A DNA stretch of 64,000 nt from IMG/VR virus record IMGVR_UViG_3300024520_005201, positions 5,698-69,697 of that record; one strand, given 5' to 3'. The notes beneath the pieces are model-generated. The model saw nothing but the letters and a program-made list of their open reading frames with translations. It had not been told where the DNA came from and did not search any database. Made by a program: the position numbers and the translations under genes. The DNA comes from a virus. Every line of letters starts with the position of its first letter. Positions within the stretch are counted from its first letter, which is position 1. This document shows, piece by piece, positions 18,440-28,193 of the stretch.

Positions 18440-19074
18440 ATTCTAATCTCCAAAGATTTTAATTGTAATTCAATCAAGTCGACATTTAATTTATCGAAAC
18501 TTTTAATTCTAAGAGGTCTACACATAGCATTTACGGCCGACATAATACCTATCGCTGAATTGTCTATAGCAAGACACTCCTTAGAAAAGACGCCTAATTT
18601 GTATGAAGCCTGTAGGTATGGTGCAGGGTGTGGCTTCAGTTTTCCATTTGTATCTGCACTAGTTATTACTATATCAAAGAATGGCAAAAGACCAGCGGAT
18701 GTGAGCATTTCAATTGCGGGGCCCCTAGACGAGTTAGTTGCTACGGCAATCTTGCCACCCGTATATGTGTTCGCAAAATCTACAGCTTCAATGACTCTAT
18801 CGATTGGTTTACATCTTGACCATATTATTTCTTTAGTATACTTTTGTTTTAGTTTAGCTAACATTCTACGAAGATTTGGTTTACCTGGTGCCCTGCCTAC
18901 CTTCGATAACTTCTCTATTCTATCTACAGTAGAGAATCCTTTTCTGTATACGTCAGGAGACACTTCGTAACCATAATCACACATTGCTCTCGTAAATGCT
19001 TCTTCGTGCCAGCCTTCTCCGTCTACCAGGACGCCATCTAGGTCAAAAATAATTGCTTTAATTCCACTATCCAT
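18436..19074 (-). CDS. HAD-family phosphatase (beta-PGM-like)
   Basis: FDLDGVLVD, ATNS, KPHPAPY motifs. Confidence 0.9.
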   Translation of the reverse strand: MDSGIKAIIFDLDGVLVDGEGWHEEAFTRAMCDYGYEVSPDVYRKGFSTVDRIEKLSKVGRAPGKPNLRRMLAKLKQKYTKEIIWSRCKPIDRVIEAVDFANTYTGGKIAVATNSSRGPAIEMLTSAGLLPFFDIVITSADTNGKLKPHPAPYLQASYKLGVFSKECLAIDNSAIGIMSAVNAMCRPLRIKSFDKLNVDLIELQLKSLEIRI

Positions 19075-20023
19075 TCAAAACCTCCTCAATTAGTTTCTCC
19101 CAGGAAGCCTTGCAGCTATCCCATGTGAACGGTGTAGTAAGCATGTATTCTCTGGGTGAAAAGGAACTCTCTAACACTTGCCAAATAGCCTTGGAGAAGT
19201 TCTCTACAGATAGTTCTCCATCTATTCTAACTCCCGCAGATTCATTAAAGTAATCAGCAAACCAGCCTGTGTTTGTTCCTATAACTGGGACGTCACATAG
19301 GGCTGCCTCCACTGTAGCAAGGTGCAGCGTCTCTAGTGAAGAGCACATGATACAAAAGTCAGCTTCATTATATAATCTAAGCATTCCTTGTTCATTGACT
19401 CCGCCTGGATAATTTCTGACGTTGGGTAGGTTTATTTGGTTGCGAGCCTTGGATACATAAATGAAATCTAAATTACTATTCTCTTTTGCTACTTGCTCGA
19501 ATAGTCTGGTGTTCTTTGTCTGGTTATAGTCTCCTACAAAGATGCCTGTTCTCTTGAATCTCTGGAATATATCATTGGCTGGCCTGAAGTTTGCCATTGG
19601 CTTGAATAAGTTCTCGTTTACTCCAATGGGAATAACCCTTGACTTGTTAGACACAACCTCTAGCATGGACATTTCTGTATTTTTTAGGAATTCACTTCTG
19701 GTATATTCACTATTAAACACAACAAAATCTGAAGACATTACTGTGTTGTATTGCTTCTCATCGTAACCATACAGGTCCTGCACAAGAACTATCTGTTTGC
19801 AGTCTCTTTCAATAGGTCTGAAGAATGTTCCATTCCTTATTATTAAATCACATTCTCCTGGGTCATTCTCTATTGTTTCGGCTAGCTTATTAAATGGTGT
19901 GCCAGTCTTATCGACTGTGTCATCTATCTCAAGCAGTGAATGCCAAAATGTTTTAGTCCCTGGTATACAGGTGAGGTAATCGTTAACTATCCAGGTGTTC
20001 ATTATTAATCCAAACTGAATCAT
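19067..20023 (-). CDS. glycosyltransferase, GT4-like
   Basis: FNSEYT, IPIGVNENLF, YNEAD, ET..L..VEAALCDVPVI; likely start MNTW. Confidence 0.85.
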   Translation of the reverse strand: MIQFGLIMNTWIVNDYLTCIPGTKTFWHSLLEIDDTVDKTGTPFNKLAETIENDPGECDLIIRNGTFFRPIERDCKQIVLVQDLYGYDEKQYNTVMSSDFVVFNSEYTRSEFLKNTEMSMLEVVSNKSRVIPIGVNENLFKPMANFRPANDIFQRFKRTGIFVGDYNQTKNTRLFEQVAKENSNLDFIYVSKARNQINLPNVRNYPGGVNEQGMLRLYNEADFCIMCSSLETLHLATVEAALCDVPVIGTNTGWFADYFNESAGVRIDGELSVENFSKAIWQVLESSFSPREYMLTTPFTWDSCKASWEKLIEEVLNG

Positions 20024-20612
20024 ATTGAGTTCCGTGCTGTATTCTAGCTCCCGCTAATTTTAGCATCGTAAACCCTCGGGTATTTAAGAAATTACAAACT
20101 CCATCGTGCAACATTTTCTGGCCAGAAAAGTATGGAACAGTCTCGGTCTCAATGTGCATTATCTTAACTGTATCTAGTAGGTCTCCCATACCTTCAAAGA
20201 CATCATAAGTCGCCCCTTCTACATCTATCTTCATCATATCAATTGATTCATCTATTATATGCAGGAACTCAGAGTCTAATCTATAACAGGGAACAGTTCT
20301 TTGTTCTGTGCCATAGATAGAACCTCTATCATAGATACTGTGAATGCCATTAGTTATCTTGACGTGGAAGGTTGTTTCTCCAGTGTAGGATGAGATAACT
20401 TTATTAAGCCACGCAATACCACTAGGTGTATGTGCCTCCCAATTTTCCTTTAGCCCCTCATAGGCTACTACAAAAGCATCAGGAAAACATTGTTTGAAGT
20501 AAACAGAATCAGCGCCATCAAGCGCACCAACTTCTACTATAACTTTAATCTCATGCTCTTGAAAATTATCTTTCACAAGCTGAACAAACTCTGGCATAAT
20601 TATACTAGCCAT
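19983..20612 (-). CDS. FkbM-family SAM methyltransferase
   Basis: EVGALDG, RLD, MKIDVEGA motifs. Confidence 0.9.
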   Translation of the reverse strand: MASIIMPEFVQLVKDNFQEHEIKVIVEVGALDGADSVYFKQCFPDAFVVAYEGLKENWEAHTPSGIAWLNKVISSYTGETTFHVKITNGIHSIYDRGSIYGTEQRTVPCYRLDSEFLHIIDESIDMMKIDVEGATYDVFEGMGDLLDTVKIMHIETETVPYFSGQKMLHDGVCNFLNTRGFTMLKLAGARIQHGTQYDSVWINNEHLDS

Positions 20613-21397
20613 TAGAAACTTTCTCCAAAATGATGGCCGCCGAGAATTTGTATCTTGGGTTTATATATAATTGTCTGAAGAGTAGAAGTGTATACATCCC
20701 AATTCATATGTAGGGTTTCATCTTCTGACCACGGGTATTTGAGAAGACTTAACTTAAAGAACTTCTTATCTAATTCTAGGTCGAACCATGCCTGGGTAAT
20801 GCCATGCTCAATTTCTCTCCCGTGTGAATCTTCAACGCATTTATCTATGCACATCTTAAGTAGGTCTGTTCTCATGAAGGTAGCTGGAAAATCTATGAAG
20901 AAATTATTTCTATATTGCTCGTGCCTTTTCATAGCGCACCATTCATTGGATAGCATTGTGTATTGGGTTCTGTCGTTAAATACCTTATCTATTTCTAGTA
21001 GGTGCTGGGGGCTATAGCCGCCGACATTTAACCCTAATATTCCACAAGTTCTATCTCCAAAATCAACAGCTAATGCTTTTGTAAAATCTTCCATTGTAGG
21101 TAGCCATCTGAGAGTTAGGTCGTCTTCACAATATAGGACCCATTCAGAGCTGACCTTATCTAGTGCCTGACGCAGAGACACTACCATTCCTCTGCGCTTC
21201 TCGACAAAGTAATCGAACTTGTATTTCTTGAATGCCTCCTTGTCCTGTTCCGTTACTCCCTCTCCAAAGTCATCTATGGAAATCAACCTATGTGACAGTA
21301 GGTTAGTGGGTGCTTTATTATCAATGCTTTCCAAGGCTTCCAATAGGTTTCTCTTCCTACTTACAATGGTCGTCCCTACTACTATGCAGTCAATCAT
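20612..21397 (-). CDS. glycosyltransferase, GT2/GT-A-like
   Basis: ISIDDF and VLYCEDD (DxD-type) motifs; cluster context. Confidence 0.7.
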   Translation of the reverse strand: MIDCIVVGTTIVSRKRNLLEALESIDNKAPTNLLSHRLISIDDFGEGVTEQDKEAFKKYKFDYFVEKRRGMVVSLRQALDKVSSEWVLYCEDDLTLRWLPTMEDFTKALAVDFGDRTCGILGLNVGGYSPQHLLEIDKVFNDRTQYTMLSNEWCAMKRHEQYRNNFFIDFPATFMRTDLLKMCIDKCVEDSHGREIEHGITQAWFDLELDKKFFKLSLLKYPWSEDETLHMNWDVYTSTLQTIIYKPKIQILGGHHFGESF

Positions 21398-21992
21398 TAG
21401 TTTTCTCTTTGGTAATAGCTAGGACATTCCAAGTTATATGTTCTCCGCGATGCTCGAACTGACTATCTCCGACAACAAATCCTCCGAAGCTTTCAATCCA
21501 ATCTATCACTACACTTTTGTCTCTCATTATTAAATAGCCGCTATCCTCATAGCTCTTGCCTGAGCCCCTTAGTCCTGTAGAGTTTGCTGTTTGGAGAGAG
21601 AACTTACCTCCAGGCTTTAGAACTCTGACGCCCTGCTCTACCAATAGCTTTGCCTCTTCATCATTACAATGCTGCAAGACTAGGTTACATATAACTAAAT
21701 CCATTATGTCAGATGGCACGTTGCTAAAGTCTTTTGTTAGATATGTTTTCGAGAAATCTTTAACCTTCTCTAGGGCTTCTGCGACAATGTCTACTGTGTA
21801 TAGCTCCTTGCAGGAGTCTGATATTTGTTTGGTTGCTGTGCCTGTCCCGATGCCAATCTCTAAGACAACAGAGTCCGAGTTTAATTCAGCCATAGAACTA
21901 TGGTATAGCCTATAGTGATTAATATCGTAGCCACTTAACCAGCCTAGATGATTTGTCCTGTGGTTATCTTCCCAAAATTTATTAAGGCGCAT
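21390..21992 (-). CDS. class I SAM-dependent methyltransferase
   Basis: VLEIGIGTG, DLVICNLVLQH, RVLKPGG. Confidence 0.9.
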   Translation of the reverse strand: MRLNKFWEDNHRTNHLGWLSGYDINHYRLYHSSMAELNSDSVVLEIGIGTGTATKQISDSCKELYTVDIVAEALEKVKDFSKTYLTKDFSNVPSDIMDLVICNLVLQHCNDEEAKLLVEQGVRVLKPGGKFSLQTANSTGLRGSGKSYEDSGYLIMRDKSVVIDWIESFGGFVVGDSQFEHRGEHITWNVLAITKEKTND

Positions 21993-22732
21993 TATAGGTC
22001 TCCTGCTTCTGCACTTTCTCCCCTTTGGAAGTGATAAGCAATACTGTCGCCCACCATTAGATGCTGCATACCAAACTTTTTTGCAAGAATAGCATACGTT
22101 ATTTTATCTCCGGGCCAATTACCTTTATTTTTTTGCCAACCGCCAGCATCCCTAAGTCTTTGAGTGTTAAATAAGCTGGGCATATATGCGCCCTTGTTTC
22201 CCCAGGCATGGGGTGTAATCTGTACTCTAGCAAACTCCTCAAATTCTTTTTTCTTAAACGTAACTAGTGTCTGTCCAAAGTCTTTAGAAATCAGACCGGG
22301 TAGACTTGGCATTCTTCCACTCTCTACTAATCTACTAGTTGGAATGTATGTTAGAAGGTCATATTTCGCTAGTGCATCAAGCCATCCATCGGTAAACGCC
22401 ATATCACTATTGACAAAACAAATTGCTTCTGTCTCACACTCTAGAAGACATCTGTTCCAGGCATTATATACATTTTGAATCCACCAGTCATCTGGGTTTG
22501 CGTTTTTATGAACAACTATTTTTATCTTAGGGTCATAGTTGTGAGATAGATAAGATGACCATCTGCTAGCTGCAATAAGAACTTCTTTAGTTGCATCATT
22601 ACATACTATTAAATATTGAACATCATGATTTTCGGAATGGTGTTCAAGGAGAGATTCCATTACAAAATCTAGATAGGCAGGGCTTTTATATATGAGTGTG
22701 GCTACTGTGATTTTCATTGAAAAGTGTTCCAA
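21992..22732 (-). CDS. glycosyltransferase, GT2/GT-A-like
   Basis: YNAWN, CFVNSDM, AYHFQRGE. Confidence 0.75.
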   Translation of the reverse strand: MEHFSMKITVATLIYKSPAYLDFVMESLLEHHSENHDVQYLIVCNDATKEVLIAASRWSSYLSHNYDPKIKIVVHKNANPDDWWIQNVYNAWNRCLLECETEAICFVNSDMAFTDGWLDALAKYDLLTYIPTSRLVESGRMPSLPGLISKDFGQTLVTFKKKEFEEFARVQITPHAWGNKGAYMPSLFNTQRLRDAGGWQKNKGNWPGDKITYAILAKKFGMQHLMVGDSIAYHFQRGESAEAGDL

Positions 22733-23904
22733 TTACTAGCTATAAAAGAATCTGTTGTAGGATGTGGTCTGTAGAAGTTATGTTTTAATCTTTGAGCAAG
22801 GTCTGTTACAATAATTTCTGCAGCATTGCCGTCACCTAGCCAGAAGGTTGGATTCTTTTTGCTATGTGTGACCTTGTATGCGGCTGCCCCAATTTTATTA
22901 ATTGACATCTCTGTGATACCGCTATTAAATGTTTCTGGTCTTTCTGTGCTTCTTCTAGTAACAACACACGGAGTACCTAGAATAGCACTTGTTTCTTGAT
23001 TGGTGCCGGAATCTGTGAACTCAATCATTGCATTCTTCTCAAGAGCAATGAAGTCAAAAAATCCAATAGGCTTAATGAATAGGAAATTCCTTAACAGCTC
23101 TTTACTAAGAAGATTAATTTCTCCATCTTTAGCTTTTTTTTCTCCTTCAGCATCAAATACTTTCTGTAGTCTAGGCATTACTGGAAGTATTACTGGAACA
23201 TGGTTCTCTTGTGCCCATCTTTGAACCTGTCTAAGTATCGAAGCACACACCATTGGATTGTCAACATGCTCAGACCTATGCAAGGTCATTACTGCATATT
23301 TCTGAGGTGAAACACTAAAGGAATCTAAGACTTCCCTTTCTCTACTTTTAATCTCTTCCATATGCTCATTGAGAACATCAACAATAGTATTTCCAGTTAC
23401 TACAATCTTAGTAGGACAGATTCCTTCCTGAACAAGCTTACATTTGTAATCATGCTGATAGGTATATAGGACGTCACTTACTCTATCTATAATAACCCTG
23501 TTGCGCTCCTCTGGCATTCTCCAGTCATGACTGCGCATCCCCGCCTCAATATGAACAATAGGAATCCCCATCTTAAGAGGAGTTATGCAGCCAATAACTG
23601 CATTAGCATCTCCCAAGAACATAACTACATCTGGCTTTGCTATCTGTATAACTGATTCTAGTTGACTAATTAACTTGGCATGTTGTTGTGGATGTGAACC
23701 CGCTTTTGTATCCAGATTAAATTGTGGCTCTGGAATACCAAGCTCTTTAAAAAAGACCCCCTTTAAATTCTCATCATAATGCTGACCTGTATAAACAAAT
23801 TGCAGCTTAATTTCTGGATGAGCTTCTAGTTTTTTAAGTATAAGGCTAGACCTAATAAAGTCTGGTCTAATACCAAACACTGTCATCACATTATACATTT
23901 GCAT
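22714..23904 (-). CDS. wecB: UDP-N-acetylhexosamine 2-epimerase (WecB/FnlC type)
   Basis: GIRPDFIR, TGQHYD, LGD, HIEAGMRS, PEERNR, TDSGTNQE, TERPE. Confidence 0.92.
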   Translation of the reverse strand: MQMYNVMTVFGIRPDFIRSSLILKKLEAHPEIKLQFVYTGQHYDENLKGVFFKELGIPEPQFNLDTKAGSHPQQHAKLISQLESVIQIAKPDVVMFLGDANAVIGCITPLKMGIPIVHIEAGMRSHDWRMPEERNRVIIDRVSDVLYTYQHDYKCKLVQEGICPTKIVVTGNTIVDVLNEHMEEIKSREREVLDSFSVSPQKYAVMTLHRSEHVDNPMVCASILRQVQRWAQENHVPVILPVMPRLQKVFDAEGEKKAKDGEINLLSKELLRNFLFIKPIGFFDFIALEKNAMIEFTDSGTNQETSAILGTPCVVTRRSTERPETFNSGITEMSINKIGAAAYKVTHSKKNPTFWLGDGNAAEIIVTDLAQRLKHNFYRPHPTTDSFIASNWNTFQ

Positions 23905-24751
23905 CTACCATAAATGAACTAAGGTCTTGTATCATATCAACCATATTATTTGGTTCTAGAAGACTATTTAGTTGATAGATTGTTCTTAGCGTTCTATTAC
24001 AAAAGCTCTTTGCTTCTGCCTCATTGACTTTAATACCTAGCTCCCATGTTTTATTCATAAGATTAATAAGCTCATACTTATTAACATCATGTGAATAGAG
24101 ATGTTTAGTTCCTTTAGACCACAAGTCTCTATGAATAATATCTCCTATCATGCGTGCTAGTTCAAGTGTTGTAACCCCATTCCACATATGATTACTGAAG
24201 CCATTAACTTCTTTGCCCTTCTGAGACAAGAGCCATTCTACTAATGACCTTTTATTTCCATTCCATTCTGGTCCAATTATACTCGTGCGTAGAACCATTA
24301 CATCTTCTGGTTCGCCCAAACTCTTGCTCTTACCGTATTCATCTAGTGGATTATGTGGACTACTTTCTGTATAGCCACCTAGGTATCCATTGAATACGCA
24401 GTCTGTTGTAATGTGAATTATTCTAGCACCAACTTCGAACCTATGATTCCACTCTTCTAATTCGTGTGGAAAGATTGCATTGGTATAGATTCCCTCTTGT
24501 AATCTAGTTTTATCATTAAATACAGGCTTGATTGCACCTATACAATTAATTATATAGTCTGGACTGTTTAGTGCTGGAATCTTATTCAAGAGAGATACCA
24601 TATTATATGACGGATGTATAGCTAATCCATCTCTTCTTGAGATACCTATTACATGTAGGTCTTCCTGTGTCTCTAGGTATTTGACTACCATTCCACCAAG
24701 CATACCAGTATCACCTAGAACAACAACTCTCATCGGTTTTTTACCTCCCAT
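23891..24751 (-). CDS. RmlD-like NDP-4-keto-sugar reductase
   Basis: LGDTGMLG, INCIG, HITTDCVF, YGKSK, RTSIIG. Confidence 0.9.
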   Translation of the reverse strand: MGGKKPMRVVVLGDTGMLGGMVVKYLETQEDLHVIGISRRDGLAIHPSYNMVSLLNKIPALNSPDYIINCIGAIKPVFNDKTRLQEGIYTNAIFPHELEEWNHRFEVGARIIHITTDCVFNGYLGGYTESSPHNPLDEYGKSKSLGEPEDVMVLRTSIIGPEWNGNKRSLVEWLLSQKGKEVNGFSNHMWNGVTTLELARMIGDIIHRDLWSKGTKHLYSHDVNKYELINLMNKTWELGIKVNEAEAKSFCNRTLRTIYQLNSLLEPNNMVDMIQDLSSFMVDANV

Positions 24752-25155
24752 ATATCACCCCTCACATTATATGATTCCCTATAATTATCATTCTTAACTT
24801 CATCAAATGTCAGCGTAGAGTATACCATAATCTTTGTATTATCTGTAAGGCTGATGGCTCCATTATAAAACCCTGGTGGAACATAAAATATCTGTGGCTT
24901 TTCTCCAGTAAGAACGGCGCTTTCTAAGTCTTCGTCATTTGCCATATTCAATGCAGCTATCTTAACAGCTCCACTTACTACGTGCATATAGGTATGTGCT
25001 TCTTTATGTCCGTGCCAAGCTCTAATCATTCCTTTTGAGAAATTTGTTACAGTATATGTTCTCTTGATGCCTTTAGTATGCATCCAGTCCATGACACAAA
25101 ATACAGAACCTCGGTCATCTATATGTGTTGGTAGATGCGTTACTCCTGGCCTCAT
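24730..25155 (-). CDS. RmlC-like cupin sugar 3,5-epimerase
   Basis: DDRG, IRAWHGH, YVPPGFYNG. Confidence 0.85.
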   Translation of the reverse strand: MRPGVTHLPTHIDDRGSVFCVMDWMHTKGIKRTYTVTNFSKGMIRAWHGHKEAHTYMHVVSGAVKIAALNMANDEDLESAVLTGEKPQIFYVPPGFYNGAISLTDNTKIMVYSTLTFDEVKNDNYRESYNVRGDIWEVKNR

Positions 25156-25164
25156 GCTGGCTCC

Positions 25165-25782
25165 TTAATTACCTGTGAAGTTTCCAATTTGTTTCTCGCC
25201 AGCACTCCTGGCATCGCTAAACTTCTTGTAGCCACCTACATTGCTACAGGTCGTAGTTCCTGCATAATCTCTTGAAGAAAATGTATTAGTATTTCCATAC
25301 TTAACACCAAGAGCCTTAGCAACTTTGAATACATCATCTCCACAACCCATGAATACAAATGTCCAGTTACCCTGTGCTTCTAATGTTTTAATCATTACAG
25401 AAATATCTCTCATGCTATGTAGTTTAGAAGAATTCTCCCTGCCATCTGTAACAATATTAACCAAATAAGCTACGTCCTCACCTTCATTTGTTTTAATTTC
25501 TTGAAGAGATTTAATAGTGGCTGCTGTTGCATCTGCTAAGGATGTCCAACCAACACATTTATATTCATCTTCAGTTACTCGTTCGCCAACATCTAGTCTA
25601 CGTGGCTCATCTACCTTAGTAGAAAATGTAGTTAGCGTGACTGTGGTCTTCTGCTCTGCCTCTGTTGCGTTTTTCTCTAGGACACTAAGCTCTTCATTAA
25701 GTCCACTAAGTGCTTCTTCTCTAACCTTACCCATAGACCCACTTCGGTCTAATACGATTCCTACGTGATTAACTTTCTTCAT
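25165..25782 (-). CDS. von Willebrand factor A domain protein
   Basis: MIDAS DRSGSM, T, TDGRENSS, WTFVFMG. Confidence 0.9.
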   Translation of the reverse strand: MKKVNHVGIVLDRSGSMGKVREEALSGLNEELSVLEKNATEAEQKTTVTLTTFSTKVDEPRRLDVGERVTEDEYKCVGWTSLADATAATIKSLQEIKTNEGEDVAYLVNIVTDGRENSSKLHSMRDISVMIKTLEAQGNWTFVFMGCGDDVFKVAKALGVKYGNTNTFSSRDYAGTTTCSNVGGYKKFSDARSAGEKQIGNFTGN

Positions 25783-27191
25783 GCTAACTCCTTAATAAAT
25801 TTTGCATTGTGATATTGTTTCGCCCACGGATTTTTAATCCTACCGCTCAAAATAAATGAGGCAAACTCTTTGATTCCGAAATCAAAATCTATTTTTGGTT
25901 TGAACCCCAGTCTATAAGATTTTACAGCTTCTACGACATAGTTTCTAGAGTCTTCAAATGACATCTCTGTTACGTTAACATTGCTAGATTCACCAGTCAT
26001 ATCCAAAATTAATGCAGATATTTTTTTAGCCATATCTATAATCTTATAATTTCTGTCTGATAAAATATAAGTTCCAAAATCTTCTGCTTTATATTTTTTA
26101 ATAGAGGCCTCTGCAAATATTCTAGCAGCATCCCTTACATGCAGTATGGGTCTGTATTGTTCTCCTCCAAATACATCTAATGGCTCACACTCTACTGATT
26201 TGATAGTCATAATATTAGATACTAAATCGCACCTAATTCTAGCAAAGGCTGTAGATAATCCATATAATGTACCTAGTCTAAAAATAAAACTATTACTATT
26301 GTTCTTGATGAAATCTTCTGCAATTAATTTGGTTGACGCGTATAGACTTAATGGCCCAGTTGGACTATTTTCTGTAAGTACTTCCTCTGAAGCCCCAAAT
26401 ACAGAACATGTGGAAGCAAATATTAATCTTATTCCATTAGACCTACAGTAATCTGCCAAGAATTTAGTTGAATCAATATTTATAAGCTTTGTCATTTCTG
26501 GATTAACTGCACATGCCCCATCTCCAACTATAGCTGCCAGGTGAATTATTGAATCTGGTTTTATCTCATTAAGAACTGATAGAATATTTTGTTCATCATT
26601 TACATCCATGTTGTAAAAATCAAAAAGCTCATGTTCTCTTAGATAATGATTGGAATATGTAAGATTATCTACTCCATAAACATAGTGTCCCATTTCCAAA
26701 AGGGTTTGTACAACAGCATCTCCTAAATACCCACACACACCTGTTATAAAAATTTTCCTACAAGACTTGCCATATGTAGGAGTTTGCTTGTGACATTCTA
26801 TACATAATGTTCTACCATTACTTATATCGAATCGCAAATCTACAAATTTTGCAAACGGCCTAACGTGGTCAACATTTAGATTTTTGCCACTGCCACAAAA
26901 AATACATTTGTGCCTATCTCTATCAAGAACAGCAGTTCTCCACTGTTTATATTTACTACTTTGTCTTATCTTTTTGTGCTCATGAGGTTGAGGCTCAGGG
27001 TTTTTATTATGAGGAGTCATTCCTTTTTTAAACCATCCCTTATTGGGTTTTGTGATATTATATTTGCCACCAGATTTTGGCTTTCTATAAATATATGTAC
27101 ATTCTTTTGAACAGTATTTGCCGCCGCCCTGCTTAATCTTATATGGCCATGTCTGAAATGCTTTACCACACTTGCATACCACTTCAATCAT
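25779..27191 (-). CDS. HNH endonuclease fused to NAD-dependent epimerase/dehydratase
   Basis: N-terminal ~145 aa: CKCG..YCSKEC, GWFKKG, CIFCG..VDH..NGRTLCIECH. Then ITGVCGYLG, HLAAIVGD, ASTCSVFG, YASTK, RPILHVRD. Confidence 0.88.
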   Translation of the reverse strand: MIEVVCKCGKAFQTWPYKIKQGGGKYCSKECTYIYRKPKSGGKYNITKPNKGWFKKGMTPHNKNPEPQPHEHKKIRQSSKYKQWRTAVLDRDRHKCIFCGSGKNLNVDHVRPFAKFVDLRFDISNGRTLCIECHKQTPTYGKSCRKIFITGVCGYLGDAVVQTLLEMGHYVYGVDNLTYSNHYLREHELFDFYNMDVNDEQNILSVLNEIKPDSIIHLAAIVGDGACAVNPEMTKLINIDSTKFLADYCRSNGIRLIFASTCSVFGASEEVLTENSPTGPLSLYASTKLIAEDFIKNNSNSFIFRLGTLYGLSTAFARIRCDLVSNIMTIKSVECEPLDVFGGEQYRPILHVRDAARIFAEASIKKYKAEDFGTYILSDRNYKIIDMAKKISALILDMTGESSNVNVTEMSFEDSRNYVVEAVKSYRLGFKPKIDFDFGIKEFASFILSGRIKNPWAKQYHNAKFIKELA

Positions 27192-27316
27192 TTACCTCTA
27201 CTCCTCAACCATGCTCTACTACTATAAGAGTTTACTTTTGCTTGCTGGTCACTTTTAGCTTGAACAATTTTAACAGGACCACCACAATAGCAGACCTTTT
27301 CATAGAGTGGCATCAT
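27188..27316 (-). CDS. small hypothetical protein (42 aa, not in ORF track)
   Basis: MMPLYEKVCYCGG...RSRGK fills the gap exactly and is ATGA-coupled to the HNH-epimerase. Confidence 0.5.
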   Translation of the reverse strand: MMPLYEKVCYCGGPVKIVQAKSDQQAKVNSYSSRAWLRSRGK

Positions 27317-28193
27317 CTCTTTGCATATCCCGCACTTTTTCGCATAAAACTGGGCAGCCAAAATAAACTCCTAGAAAACAATTAAGTAAAATAAGGGAGC
27401 ACAAAATAAAACTCTGTAATTTATATGCTCGTGTATCCTCTATCGAATCAATCAGATATTCTTTTTCATCAAACCACAAATATAATCTAATATTAGTTGC
27501 GGACATATAGCCTGCCCAAATTGCTGGATTATACTTAACCTCTGAATCTTTAACTATAGAAGCAACGCCTAGTAATTCGTGGTTATCTTTTGTAAAAATT
27601 CCACCACCACTATTACCAAACCATATTCTCATAGCTATTCTATCATATAGATAGTCTTTCTCAATCGTTGTACTTTGATTTCCAAATGTAATGTGTGGAT
27701 TATTTCCTTCCATTCTTCCTATTGTATATATCTGTCTTCCAGCACCAACATCTAAATGCTCATCAACATTTACTAATCTAATATTTGAATTAATTTTGAT
27801 GTCCGGCCTAATAATCATGAAGTCAAAACTTTTAGCAACCCTTAGCTTCTCTGGGGGTGCATAAATAACAAAGCCTTTGCATTCAATTTCTTCCGGATAA
27901 TAATACTTTATCAAAACAGTTCTTTCTTCCCAATCGATTATCCCATTGCTATTTTTATCTGCTACATGTTTAGCACTAAGAATATTTCCATTTCTAAGAG
28001 CAACACCTGTACCTCCAGCAGTAAATTTTTCGTCCTCGGCTATAGCAATACCGCATGTGGCCGCAAATGAATCTTCATATCCGTCATCTACCATGAACGT
28101 GGGAAAATCTGGCTTCGTAAGAACACCATAGATAAATAATCCACCTATTAAAAAGCTTATACAAAACATTAATATCTCATAGAATCTATTCAT
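27300..28193 (-). CDS. membrane-anchored trypsin-like serine protease
   Basis: SAKHV (His), FDF (Asp), GNSGGG (Ser); hydrophobic helices at both ends. Confidence 0.85.
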   Translation of the reverse strand: MNRFYEILMFCISFLIGGLFIYGVLTKPDFPTFMVDDGYEDSFAATCGIAIAEDEKFTAGGTGVALRNGNILSAKHVADKNSNGIIDWEERTVLIKYYYPEEIECKGFVIYAPPEKLRVAKSFDFMIIRPDIKINSNIRLVNVDEHLDVGAGRQIYTIGRMEGNNPHITFGNQSTTIEKDYLYDRIAMRIWFGNSGGGIFTKDNHELLGVASIVKDSEVKYNPAIWAGYMSATNIRLYLWFDEKEYLIDSIEDTRAYKLQSFILCSLILLNCFLGVYFGCPVLCEKVRDMQRDDATL

